This document shows, one piece after another, positions 1 through 10,956 of a DNA stretch of 54,986 nt. The DNA is from Octopus bimaculoides (taxonomy: Eukaryota). The position numbers and the translations under genes are program-made. Each line of letters opens with the position of its first letter. The stretch's first letter is position 1. The stretch lies in the NCBI RefSeq assembly GCF_001194135.2, contig NC_068984.1:29595723-29650708 (forward strand), read 5' to 3'. Below the pieces are notes generated by a model, which saw nothing but the letters and a program-made list of their open reading frames with translations, did not search any database and was not told where the DNA came from.

Positions 1-30
1 TGTGTGTGTGTGTGTGTTTGTGCGTGTGTG

Positions 31-228
31 TTTGTCCCCCCAACTTCGCTTGACAACCGATGCTGGTGTGTTTACGTCCCTGTAACTTAGCGGTTCGGCA
101 AAAGAGACCGATAGAATAAGTACTAGGCTTCCAAAGAATAAGTCCTGGGGTTGATTTGCTCGACCAAAGACTGTGCTCAAGCATGGTCGCAGTTAAATTG
201 ACTGAAACAAGAAAAAGAGTAAAAGAGT
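31..228 (+). mobile_element. 3' half of a cephalopod tRNA-derived SINE (Ceph/OR-like family), following its internal (TG)n microsatellite
   Basis: Follows (TG)n at 1-30 and ends in a terminal hairpin (CAGTTA-AAT-TGACTG, 190-204), AAAC and a short tandem tail (AAAAGAGT x2). Family recognised from recall of a very common octopus repeat. Confidence 0.7.
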
Positions 229-302
229 ATATATGCATATATCCATACATATATGTACATACCTACATCTATATGTATACATACATGCATATATGGGTAC
301 AG

Positions 303-500
303 AACATCAAAACATAAAAAAAAAAACGTTAAACACAACGTGAAACGAAAACAAAAACGGAAACAGAAAACGAACTTTTTTCGAACAACGGAAAAAACAA
401 ACAGAGAAACGAGACATGCAACATAAAGTGTATATCCCTTCGTCTGTTGTCCCTGTTCCAGCTACTCCGCGTTTGGAGTAGCTGGAACAGGGACAAAATA
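303..500 (-). mobile_element. Possible Penelope-like pseudo-LTR fragment with a junctional inverted duplication
   Basis: A-rich segment (T-rich on minus) ending in a perfect 22-bp hairpin (447-468/475-496). The minus strand reads AAAC-GCGGA-GUA...CAGACGA, resembling a decayed hammerhead core. Confidence 0.35.
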
Positions 501-823
501 GGGTCAAAAGTCAACCGACAGTAAATCAAAATTCCCTGAATACTATCTGTAATTCTTTAGTGACTCGAATGGAAAAATGGTGTCGCCCAAGAAAGACTTC
601 AGTTTGAGCAATTTCCATGATGTTTCATATTTATATACTTTTATTAAATTCATTCAGTCGTTAAACATAAATAAATATTGGAATTAGATGGTTTTGAATT
701 ACTGTTAGGTGATATTTGGCCAACCAAGTATATATTAGTATATATTGTAAATTCGTATTTATTTCATAATTTTGTATAAGCAGTAAGAATTTCTCAAAAA
801 TTCCTTTATAATCAATGTGTGTA

Positions 824-1028
824 AGGCGGTGAGCTGGCAGAATTGTTAGCACACAGAACGAAATACTTAGCGGTATTTCGCCAGTCACTATGTTCTGTGC
901 TCAAATTCCGCCGAGGTCGACTTTACCTTTCGGAGTCCATAAATTAAGTACCATTTGAGTACTGGGATCAATCTAATCGAGTGACCCCCACCCGCAAATT
1001 TCAGGCCTTGTGCTTATAGTAAGAAGGA
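824..1028 (+). mobile_element. tRNA-derived SINE, tail type A, near full length, with TSD
   Basis: A-box-like TGGCAGAATTG, B-box-like GCTCAAATTCC, central domain with a small deletion, tail ...GGCCTTGTGCTTATAGTAAGAAGG. Perfect 18-bp flanking direct repeat TTATAATCAATGTGTGTA at 806-823 and 1029-1046. Confidence 0.9.
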
Positions 1029-2699
1029 TTATAATCAATGTGTGTATGCCATATTTGCTGATATTACCCATGTGGCAAAAGTACGGTTACAAAGTTACCT
1101 GTCATGTGACGGGTAATACTTTACTACAGCAGCTAGTAATTTGCTTTTATTTCTTATAGTCTAAAGGCCGCATAGAAGCTACCGTCTTGACGCGCTTCAA
1201 GAGACTCATAGTCTACAAATGTAGTAACTTTAAGCCTTCCGCAATATTAAGAAGTGAAATGTTACTTTTGCTAATATGACAATAATCTCCAGAATTTTAC
1301 ACAAAGCTTGAGATAAAGTTGAAGAGTACCATAATATTTATTACGATATTTCATCTATTTAGCCACTGATTAATATACAAATATATAAGTAGTAGTTTTA
1401 GGAGATGTATATGTGCAGTCGATATTAGTTTGAAATACCGAATGAATAATAATCGAAAATCGAGAAAAGAAGTCGTAAAATTAGATAAGAACCAAATGAA
1501 GATTGAAATTAAATTAATTAACAGAGATGAAATTACAAAAGATTTTAAAACCGATTGGATAATTAATCGCTTACTAATATCCTATTCAGGTCTGATGTCA
1601 AATACTTAAAAGTAGGTTCGACATCTATTTGCTAGAGAGCAAAAATCTATAAAACTAAACAAGAAACGTCAAACCGCTGAAATTTAAATGTATAGTTGTT
1701 CCTGATTAGCAACTAGTATACATTTTCATGGAAATGAGAAGAAATACAGTAATATGTGTCAGAGACAATCTAAAAAGCATCAGTTAATTGCAGATGTCTG
1801 GAAATAGAGCTTAATGTAACGGAAAAAGTATAGTAATTAAAAACCTGGGATTTTTTAAAAACGGGGACCACATTTTTCATTAACGAAACACTTTGAAACT
1901 TGGAACACTAGTAGAATGTGTCATATAAAACGTCTTTTTCTCTTAGTCTTCTTAAAAAAAAAAGAAATCCATAAGTTATTCCATGTTAAAGTTGTCGTAT
2001 TTCTGTAATTTCAACCAATCACTGACGTCCATTCAGCCGATATACATTAAGTGCCGACTACATAAACAAACGATTCTGAAACAATTAACCCNNNNNNNNN
2101 NNNNNNNNNNNNNNNNNNNNNNNNNNNNNNNNNNNNNNNNNNNNNNNNNNNNNNNNNNNNNNNNNNNNNNNNNNNNNNNNNNNNNNNNNNNNNNNNNNNN
2201 NNNNNNNNNNNNNNNNNNNNNNNNNNNNNNNNNNNNNNNNNNNNNNNNNNNNNNNNNNNNNNNNNNNNNNNNNNNNNNNNNNNNNNNNNNNNNNNNNNNN
2301 NNNNNNNNNNNNNNNNNNNNNNNNNNNNNNNNNNNNNNNNNNNNNNNNNNNNNNNNNNNNNNNNNNNNNNNNNNNNNNNNNNNNNNNNNNNNNNNNNNNN
2401 NNNNNNNNNNNNNNNNNNNNNNNNNNNNNNNNNNNNNNNNNNNNNNNNNNNNNNNNNNNNNNNNNNNNNNNNNNNNNNNNNNNNNNNNNNNNNNNNNNNN
2501 NNNNNNNNNNNNNNNNNNNNNNNNNNNNNNNNNNNNNNNNNNNNNNNNNNNNNNNNNNNNNNNNNNNNNNNNNNNNNNNNNNNNNNNNNNNNNNNNNNNN
2601 NNNNNNNNNNNNNNNNNNNNNNNNNNNNNNNNNNNNNNNNNNNNNNNNNNNNNNNNNNNNNNNNNNNNNNNNNNNNNNNNNNNNNNNNNNNNNNNNNNN

Positions 2700-2745
2700 A
2701 CTCTCCCAAAATTTCGGGCCTTGAGCCTAGCGTAGGAAAGAAAAA
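2700..2745 (+). mobile_element. 3' tail of a type A SINE (rest probably in the N gap)
   Basis: CCCAAAATTTCGGGCCTTGAGCCTAGCGTAG matches the tails at about 985-1025 and 15625-15655. Confidence 0.65.
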
Positions 2746-2929
2746 AAATAGCCGTCAAATTTCTATAAGGTTCCATCCTTACTCTCTTCTAAAAGATATT
2801 ATTCTAGATGCAGTGTGTCTGAATAAAAAGCTAAGATACGACCCAGACATTTTTGTTAACATGTCTGATCTAAACGGCTTGATCTAAACGGGTTCAAATA
2901 ACTTTTCGGTACTCCGCTCTGTAATAAAG

Positions 2930-5195
2930 CGATGGCGTTTCTGTGACGGGGGTTTGCTAAAAAAAAAAAAAGACTAGTAGCGTTTGTTGTAAGCAGTACT
3001 TGGGTGTCTGTACAGAGGTCACTCGAATGCGAAAATTTGGAGCACGTCCTGTGTGTGAGGTTAACTCATCACGAAAACAGCTAACAGTGCTGACGATTGC
3101 TGGACAGACAATCGTCCAGTTATCACCTGCCTTCGAATAATGTTTAGCAAGAAACCAAAGACTGAAAAAGTAAAACCGGTCAGAAGAAAATCTGACATAT
3201 CGAAGCTTAACAACCCAGAGATCAGTTCTCTTTATGCATCTTTCATTCTCAAACTCCTTCAATCCATCCAATCTGACAACCAGGAGATGGATAAGGAATG
3301 GAACGCAATTCGAAAAACCATCACTGAAGTGGCTGAAAACACCCACGGGTATAACAAAATGAGACATAAGGACTCGTTTGATGAAAATGATCAAGAAACC
3401 AGCCGGCTGATCGATGCAAAACGGCAAGCCCTCCTCTCTCATGAACAAGATCCAAGATCGCAGCACAACAGGGTGAGATATCAAGACCTCAAAAGACAAG
3501 GCCAAACAAAATTGAGAGAGTTGCAGAACAACTGGTGGCAACAAAAGTCATTGAAATCCAAGGGTATGCTGACATTCGTGACCTAAGATGCTTCTACGCA
3601 GGAACAAAGGAATTTTTTGGTTCCATGAGATCATCAGCAGGGTCTCTTCAATCACTAGACTCCAACACCATCCTGACTAACACAAAATATCCTTCAACGC
3701 TGGAGAAAGCTCTTCTGAACCACGACTCCAACGTGGCGGAAGATTTCTTGAAGAAGGTACCCATGCATCCAACTCGACAGTGGATAAACACGCCACCGTC
3801 TTACGAAGAGTACTAAATGGCCCTCAATCGCATGAAGTAGCGGAAGTCTCCTGGCTCAGACGACATCCCAGTGGATCTTCTAAAACACGGTGGATTACTA
3901 TTAAACACCAGTCTGTTCACTTTGATTCTCGGAATGTAGAAGAGTTGCAATGTTCCCAAAGACTTCAAAGATACTGTTATTATCACCATCTTCAAAAAAG
4001 GAGATAGAAAGATCCGGGGGACTATCGTGGCAACTTACTGATCTCAAATACAGGGAAAATCTTTGCAAGGCTCCTTCTGGATCGTCTCCAAATTATCGTG
4101 GAGGAAGTCCTACTCGAATTGGAATGTGGATTTCGACCATCCAGAGGGACAACTCACATGATCTTTTGTGCTTGACAAATACAAGAAAAGATTAGAGAAC
4201 AGCAAAAATCTCCATTTTATTTTCTACGACCTCGAAAAGGCCTTTGATACCGTCTCATGTCCTGCAATGTGCTAGGTCCTCCGACGTTTCGGCTGCCCCG
4301 ATCAGTTAATTTCCCTAGTACAGAGATTACATGACGGTATTACTGAAACCATCTTCCATCAAAATCAACTGTCCTCTCCTTGTAGTTTGCAGCAATATTT
4401 TATGAACTGCCACCAGACAATCCAGGAGTCAACATTAGGTACCAATATGAAAGCGGGAGATGTTTCAATCTTGTCAGATTGAAGTTAGGAAGATTGACCA
4501 GGAAGCAAAAGATAACTGAACTTCAGTATGGTGATGACAACGTAGCGGTTTGCCACTCCAGTGAACAGCTTCAACAATCGGTATATAACTTCACCAATGC
4601 TTAACTTCACCAAAGCTTACAATTTCACTAACAGAAGGTTTGCTCTGTTATGAATATTAGATGGAACGACTATGTGCCCGATGCCTCCGTTCTGAAGAGA
4701 ACGGAAAGCAGCAGCATCGAGGCTAACATCCTGAAACTTCGTCTGAGATGGGTGGGCCACGTAGCAAGAATGAAAGAGACCAGGCTGCCGCGTCAAATTT
4801 TATATGGTAAACAATACACTGGAAGAAGACTCCGCGTCCCCTCAGTCGATACAAGGATCAGCTGAGGCAAAGACTAAAATTGAATGGAATCGATCCCAAA
4901 GCCTGGGACATTGAAGCTCAGGACAGACTCAAATAACATCATACCATCTCCAGTGTGACAGATCATTTTGAAGCTGAACAGCAGAGGGAAGAGGAAGAGA
5001 AATGACACGGTAGAAAATGGAGGCTGCAACATCCAAAGCCTCCGCCACTGATCCCTTGTGAACAATGCAACAGGTGCTTCCATGCAAGAATCGGCCTCAT
5101 TAGTCATCAGGGGCATAAATATGGACAAAGGTGAAGAAGTGGTCAAAAAGAAACCAAATAAATTATCGGACACACGACAGAACGCCTCCGACATT
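2930..5195 (+). mobile_element. Decayed RTE-clade (BovB-like) LINE, 5'-truncated, with frameshifts, stops and internal deletions
   Basis: End of APE endonuclease (DDCWTDNR, about 3092-3115); linker W-x-AIRK...HKDSFDENDQE...NWWQQK; RT motifs DLEKAFDTV (from 4228) and ELQYGDD (about 4518-4538); IRWNDYV...LRWVGHVARMKETRLPRQILYG; C-terminal CEQCNRCFHARIGLISH, typical of RTE-BovB ORF ends. Confidence 0.9.
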
Positions 5196-6279
5196 ACTAT
5201 ATCCGGAGTGTTATGGGCATTGTCCTCCCTCTTGTGACAACATTTTTAAAAAAGCTGAAAGGATGAGAATGCAAGTGAGATGTGTATAATCCCTGCCAAA
5301 AGATGAGCTGTTTAGAAATAATAATATGCTACAGGTCAACCGGGTGTGATAATTAAGTCCGATTTTCAATTGTAACTATGTGATTATTTCTCAAAAGTCA
5401 TAAAATAAATGTCATATTTTTATTCATCATGCCACTCTTGTATTAAAAAGGTTGGCCAATTGTTGATGGTAATTTTGAACAGAAACTATTAAACAACTAA
5501 CGATTTTGAGACACAACAATGCCGTTAAAAAAAATTAGTATTTTTCATTCTTATAACTTTCTTATTAGGAAAGAGGAGCAATTCAAGTAAAAGGTAAATT
5601 ATAATATATGGTGCTGGCGCCAAAAAATTCTTAGGAGAGAAAAAAATGCAAACTGATTAATAAAATAAGGAAATATGGAAGAATCAAGTTTTTCCATTTT
5701 TTACATGCTGGTTGTGAAATAACTACTAAGTAAAGTACAGAGAATATTAGACAGTGGTAAATAATCAAGAAAAGTTTGTAAACTAGAGGAGACAGAGAGA
5801 AAAAAAAACTTCAGTTCATAGCGACAAAATGCAAATCAGCTATATTTATATCATGCAAAATTATGTAGATCAGAAATCTGTCGATATAAAACGAAATGAT
5901 AACTCAACATCTCTATGCAGAGCCATAAGTATAAGGCTGAACAGGTATAATGTATGCACATGAACAGCTGAACAGAAGCTGGCATATGCTTAAATGCCAA
6001 CAACACATACATCAATACAATTTAGAGATGAATTTATGTGTCTACCAGTTGTAAGCCATTTCTAGTTTCAGAAACGTCATAACAATACTAATTTTTAAAT
6101 GTTCCACCAAGGTAAATATTTTGGAAATTTGTCAAAAATTCATATTGGGCATATTCTAAAGAAAAGAATAAACACTAAATCAGTACTAGAAAAACAAACC
6201 AAAACAAAGAACAAACATTCTAATAAACCAATACACTGCTTTCTGCACCTCAATTAAACAAGCGCAGTCGAAACTCATA

Positions 6280-6800
6280 TGGTGATGATGGTGATGCTGA
6301 TGGTAGGGATTTTGCTGATGGTAGGGATTGTTGTTGTGAGTAGAGAAAGTGGTTATGTCTGGGTACCGTGGTGATAGTAGCAGTGGCAGGGATTCCGATG
6401 GTGGGGATAGTGTTGATGATACAGAAAAGTAGGTACAGAGATTACTTTGGCGTGGATGATGGTTATAGGGAAAATGACTATGGTGGTGATGAAGGTAATG
6501 AAGATATGTTAAGGGTAATGTTGGTGTAGTAACAATTGTAGCGCTGACCTTGCTGTTCGAAATAGTGGTAGCGTTGGAAATAATGTTAGCAGTGGCAGTT
6601 GTGGTGGTGGTGAGATTGGGAAGGTGGTTGGTGAAATGTTGATGCTGTTGGCTGTTCTTGCTGAAGAGAGAGTAGTAAAGATGACACGAGAACGGCGATG
6701 GTAGGATTGAGAGTGACGGAAAGAAAGACATGGCGATGATGATTATGATGAACAATCTAATAAATGGGGAAGATGACAGTGATGATAATAATGCAGGAAG
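6280..6800. repeat. Degenerate GGT/GAT/GTA trinucleotide low-complexity tract
   Basis: Strongly G/T-skewed cryptic trinucleotide repeats. Explains the H/T/P-rich 205-aa minus ORF. Confidence 0.8.
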
Positions 6801-7344
6801 CAAGGATATTTAAAACTGATGAGAAAACGCAGAACTTTCTTCATTAGATAATTACTAATCACTAGTTGACGACATTGAAAGAAACTCAATATATGACTGG
6901 TACTTGATCAATCTGTAGAATGTTCACCATTACAGAATGGTAAAAAAAAAAAAAAAATTCTGACATTCATATTATAAAAATTCTTCAAATATGTAGCTTT
7001 GAAAGTATGTTTTGTTTGTAATACATGTCAACTTGACCCAATGTCAATGTATATGTCATAGGTCATAGCCAGGGTATGCTATGCCCTTTCATCGTCAAAA
7101 TCAAACGGTATTAACAGTGTTAATAATCACCAATTAAAATGCATAACATTTTTTCCTTTCCAGTATTATTTGAAGATCTGGATACCTTTTGATTACCGGT
7201 GAGAAACATTTGCCGAAGGTGTTATAAAAAGGAAAGAAAAACGAAAAGCAGCCTGTTTGATTTGTAAAAGCTACAATAAAAAACAAAACAATGACACATA
7301 TTGAGGGAAAACAAGGAAAGGGGATACTGGAGTGAAATAGGCAC

Positions 7345-7847
7345 CGTATATTGGGTGGTATCTGTTTTATCAGCACCGGAAGGATGGAAATTAAAAGTCA
7401 TTCCTATGGGGTTTGAACTCAGAGTGTCACAGAAAACGTAACTAAAAATTAATTTCTACTATAGGCCCAAAACCGGAAACTATCGGGGAGGAATATAGTC
7501 GATTACATCAACTCCAGGGTCGACCTCGGTGGAATTTGAGCTAAGAACGTAAAAACCAACAAAATGTCGCAAAGTATTCTAACTATTCTGTGAACTGGCG
7601 GACTTAAAAAGGACGAACGTAACTAAATAATAATTTCAAGTTTTGGCACGGAGTCAGCAGATTTTGAAGGTAAGAGATACGTCGATTACATAGACCTCAC
7701 TTCTTGACAGTTATTTATTGCATTGGTCCCGGAGGGATGAAAGGCAAAGTCGACCTCGGCAGAATTTGAACTCAGAATTTAAAGACTGACAAAGTGCTGC
7801 TAAGCACTTTCTTCGGCATGCTAAAGATTCTCCCAACTCAATGCCCT
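7345..7847 (-). mobile_element. Cluster of three decayed minus-strand tRNA-SINE copies (about 7345-7435, 7447-7605, 7628-7847)
   Basis: Reverse-complement B-box region recurs: TTTGAACTCAGA (about 7412), GGAATTTGAGCTAAGAACG (about 7530) and GAATTTGAACTCAGAA (about 7762). GTCGACCTCGG occurs in copies 2 and 3. AACGTAACTAAA at 7435-7446 and 7616-7627 brackets copy 2. Confidence 0.8.
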
Positions 7848-7938
7848 AACGTGACGTCACTAAATATTGCAAACCGTTATGTTTGTTTTTGCCATATACC
7901 TGAGCATTCCTACCACTGACCTCAATGACATATGTCAA

Positions 7939-8176
7939 AGAATTCCAGTGCTTGATATATCTATATATATAACAAGCACTGGAATTCTATCATTCGCCAT
8001 GATAGATCGCTTATCACTACACACATTGTTTTTCTCTCCTTGTTTCTTTTTGTGTTCCTTTCTGTGGAAGAGCGTAGGCTCGAAACGTTAAATACTTTTT
8101 CAATTCCTGAGCGTTATACTAATACAACTGTTTGTTTTCTACACCACCTGTCTTCGTCCTTTGTTTTTTTGTGAAT
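7939..8176 (+). mobile_element. Penelope-like pseudo-LTR fragment carrying a degenerate minimal hammerhead motif
   Basis: CTGTGGA-A-GAGC-GTAG-GCTC-GAAACGTT at 8062-8089, and a perfect 16-bp inverted repeat at its 5' edge (7939-7954/7973-7988). Minimal hammerheads in PLE LTRs are established knowledge. Confidence 0.6.
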
Positions 8177-8920
8177 TATATATATATATCTGTGTGTATG
8201 GAATACAAAATAAGCATCAAGACGTTTGGAGTCAGAAAACAAAGAGAATTAACTAATTACAGATTTTCGCTCAATGAGTTTGTTAAGGCATGTACACTAT
8301 TGAATCGACACACGTATTTTACTGGTAATAATTTTATTGATCTCAAAGCATAATGAAAACCATTGTCGTATCTAATTCAACAAATCCAGGCAACTACTTG
8401 TCTCAACCAGCTGAAGCTAATATGATGTGATATATATTGCAACGGTTATGAAATTAATCTTCAAAATTGATTTTCTTTAATTCAACGGATATGAAGATTA
8501 CCATAAATACGTAAAGAAGCGAATGTTTTAAAATAAAAGGAAATAAGATGAATACAATCCGCGTTGATCGAACAATAATAAGAATTCGACGACGGGTTTG
8601 GCTACAATCGATATTGGCTAGATAGATTAATATTGCATTAGAGAGAAAACTGATAGGAGTGTCCAATATATGTGATTAGTGGGTAGCTGAAATATTTACG
8701 TCAGTTATTTTCTTACAGTAAAAATGACATACGAGTCGGCCATAAAACCTCTAATGAAATTAAACTATAAATGCAATGATCTTTTATTAGAAAACCCATT
8801 GACAATTGTCACTTTAACACTTTTGTGTTTTTCGAGGTTGATTGAATATCGAACACGAAAGTAGGACATGTACTGGTATGGAAGAAAGGAAGAAGAAGAA
8901 AGCCATATGCATACATACAT

Positions 8921-8923
8921 ACA

Positions 8924-9008
<85 letters not shown>
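8921..9008. repeat. Compound (CA)n-(TA)n microsatellite
   Basis: Read directly from sequence. Confidence 0.95.
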
Positions 9009-9009
<1 letters not shown>

Positions 9010-9455
9010 GGTATGCACCCGCGTGCGAGCACAAACATAAATACGTACATACATTTATACATAGGTATGTGCATGCACACATATATATCAGAACCGATAT
9101 TTGCTTATTTGTGTCCCAGTAACATAGAATTGTTTCAAATAAAAAACAAAAAGTCAGATTGGTAGAATAAGTAGAAGAAATATGACCATTGGGTTGTGTG
9201 GGTAACCATTATAAGAAAGTGGAGATCGATACCCTAATCAGTGACCTGTTGTCTGTTTGACTGAAAAACCTTCTGAAATATTGCTTCAGTTATCTAAGCT
9301 GCAACGGACTTCGCTCAGCAGCAGCTTGGCGGGTTATGTTCGCAACAAAACGGAAACCGTGAAATGGTGGTGGTTTTTTTGTATATCCAGTAATATTTTA
9401 ATTGCAAACCAAGATAAGCTCAGGTTTATTGAGCACATATCGCCGAAGAGTGATA

Positions 9456-9458
<3 letters not shown>

Positions 9459-9509
<51 letters not shown>

Positions 9510-9836
9510 CTGTCTGTATGTCTGTCTCTGTCTCTCTCTCTCTCTCTACCTATCTATCTAATCTATCTCTCTGCCTACCTACCTACCTACCTACCTACCT
9601 ACCTACCTACCTAAACTCCCACCTACCCACCTACTCACCTACTTACCTACCTACCTACCCACCCACAATCCCACCCACCAACCCACTACCTACCTACCTA
9701 CCTACCTACCTACCTACCTACCTACCTACCTACCTACCCACCTACCTACCCACCCACCTACCTACCTACCTAACTACCTACCTACCTACCTACCTACCTG
9801 CATACCTACCTACCTACCTACCTACCTACCTACCTA
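9459..9836. repeat. Compound (TC)n/(TCTG)n then long (CCTA)n microsatellite
   Basis: Read directly from sequence. Source of the PTYL-repeat pseudo-ORF. Confidence 0.95.
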
Positions 9837-10956
9837 CGTATCCATATATCCATTTGTCCATTCATCCATCTATTTAGAAAAATATTTGTTTGGTCGATAA
9901 ATATAAGTTATTCATAGATAAAAATAATTTAATATAGACAGAAGAAAGAAAAAGCAATACAATAGATAGATAAATGCAAAAAGCATGGCAATATATCAAC
10001 GCATAACGAGTTAATTGAAATGACAAACTGGATTAACATACCACGCCCACACACAATCAGATATATATACTGGTGTATATATATGTATGCATTTATCTAC
10101 ACACATACATACATCTATACATACATACACATATATATATATCAATATATATATATATATATATATATANNNNNNNNNNNNNNNNNNNNNNNNNNNNNNN
10201 NNNNNNNNNNNNNNNNNNNNNNNNNNNNNNNNNNNNNNNNNNNNNNNNNNNNNNNNNNNNNNNNNNNNNNNNNNNNNNNNNNNNNNNNNNNNNNNNNNNN
10301 NNNNNNNNNNNNNNNNNNNNNNNNNNNNNNNNNNNNNNNNNNNNNNNNNNNNNNNNNNNNNNNNNNNNNNNNNNNNNNNNNNNNNNNNNNNNNNNNNNNN
10401 NNNNNNNNNNNNNNNNNNNNNNNNNNNNNNNNNNNNNNNNNNNNNNNNNNNNNNNNNNNNNNNNNNNNNNNNNNNNNNNNNNNNNNNNNNNNNNNACGCA
10501 CACATATATATATATAGATATATATACATACATACGCACACATATATATATATAGATATATATACATACAGAGACAGACAGATAGACATATAGACAGATA
10601 TATCGGTACCTACACCTACATGCGTGCATAGGTGATATAACATGAACAGAAAGCAGAACAAAACAGAATGAATGAAATATGGGGAATATTGTACTCGGTT
10701 AATGCTTGAGGAATTATAATGGACTGTCTCTATGATTAGGAGGTAAATTCTTCAACAGAAAAAAAGAAAATACATTAGGAGAGAAGAGCAGAGACAAATA
10801 CCGAATGTAGTGCAAAAAAAAAAAACTAATAAAAAAACTAATAATGAGAAAGAAAGTAGGAAGGGAAGGACTGAAATAACATGGAGGTGAATGCTTAAAA
10901 GCGAAGTCAACAAGAGAAATGGCGTAGGTGTGTGTAGAAATGTGCTGGCGTTTTTA

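Noticed and set aside
1828-2091. Possible non-autonomous DNA transposon fragment (similar impression at about 5328-5560 and 39460-39730)
   Set aside because: Feels familiar as octopus repeat sequence, but no TIR pair, TSD or coding motif can be shown within the window.
1983-2776. Long ORFs spanning N gaps (also at about 10011-10661, 22575-23487, 24914-25949, 28658-29036, 36047-36459, 45788-46111)
   Set aside because: They are open only because N runs (2092-2699, 10170-10495, 22850-23280, 25035-25840, 28755-28914, 36116-36280, 45935-46065) and flanking microsatellites contain no stops.
5165-5200. RTE 3' end as the partner tail for the SINE families
   Set aside because: No similarity seen between the RTE terminus and any of the SINE tails in the window.
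6186-6803. 205-aa His/Thr/Pro-rich minus ORF
   Set aside because: Translation of a degenerate trinucleotide tract, with no domain or splice support.
8672-8684. GTGATTAGTGGGT shared with 20311-20323
   Set aside because: Exact 13-mer matches are expected many times by chance within 55 kb.
9257-9877. 206-aa ORF with SL and PTYL repeats
   Set aside because: Product of (TC)n and (CCTA)n microsatellites.
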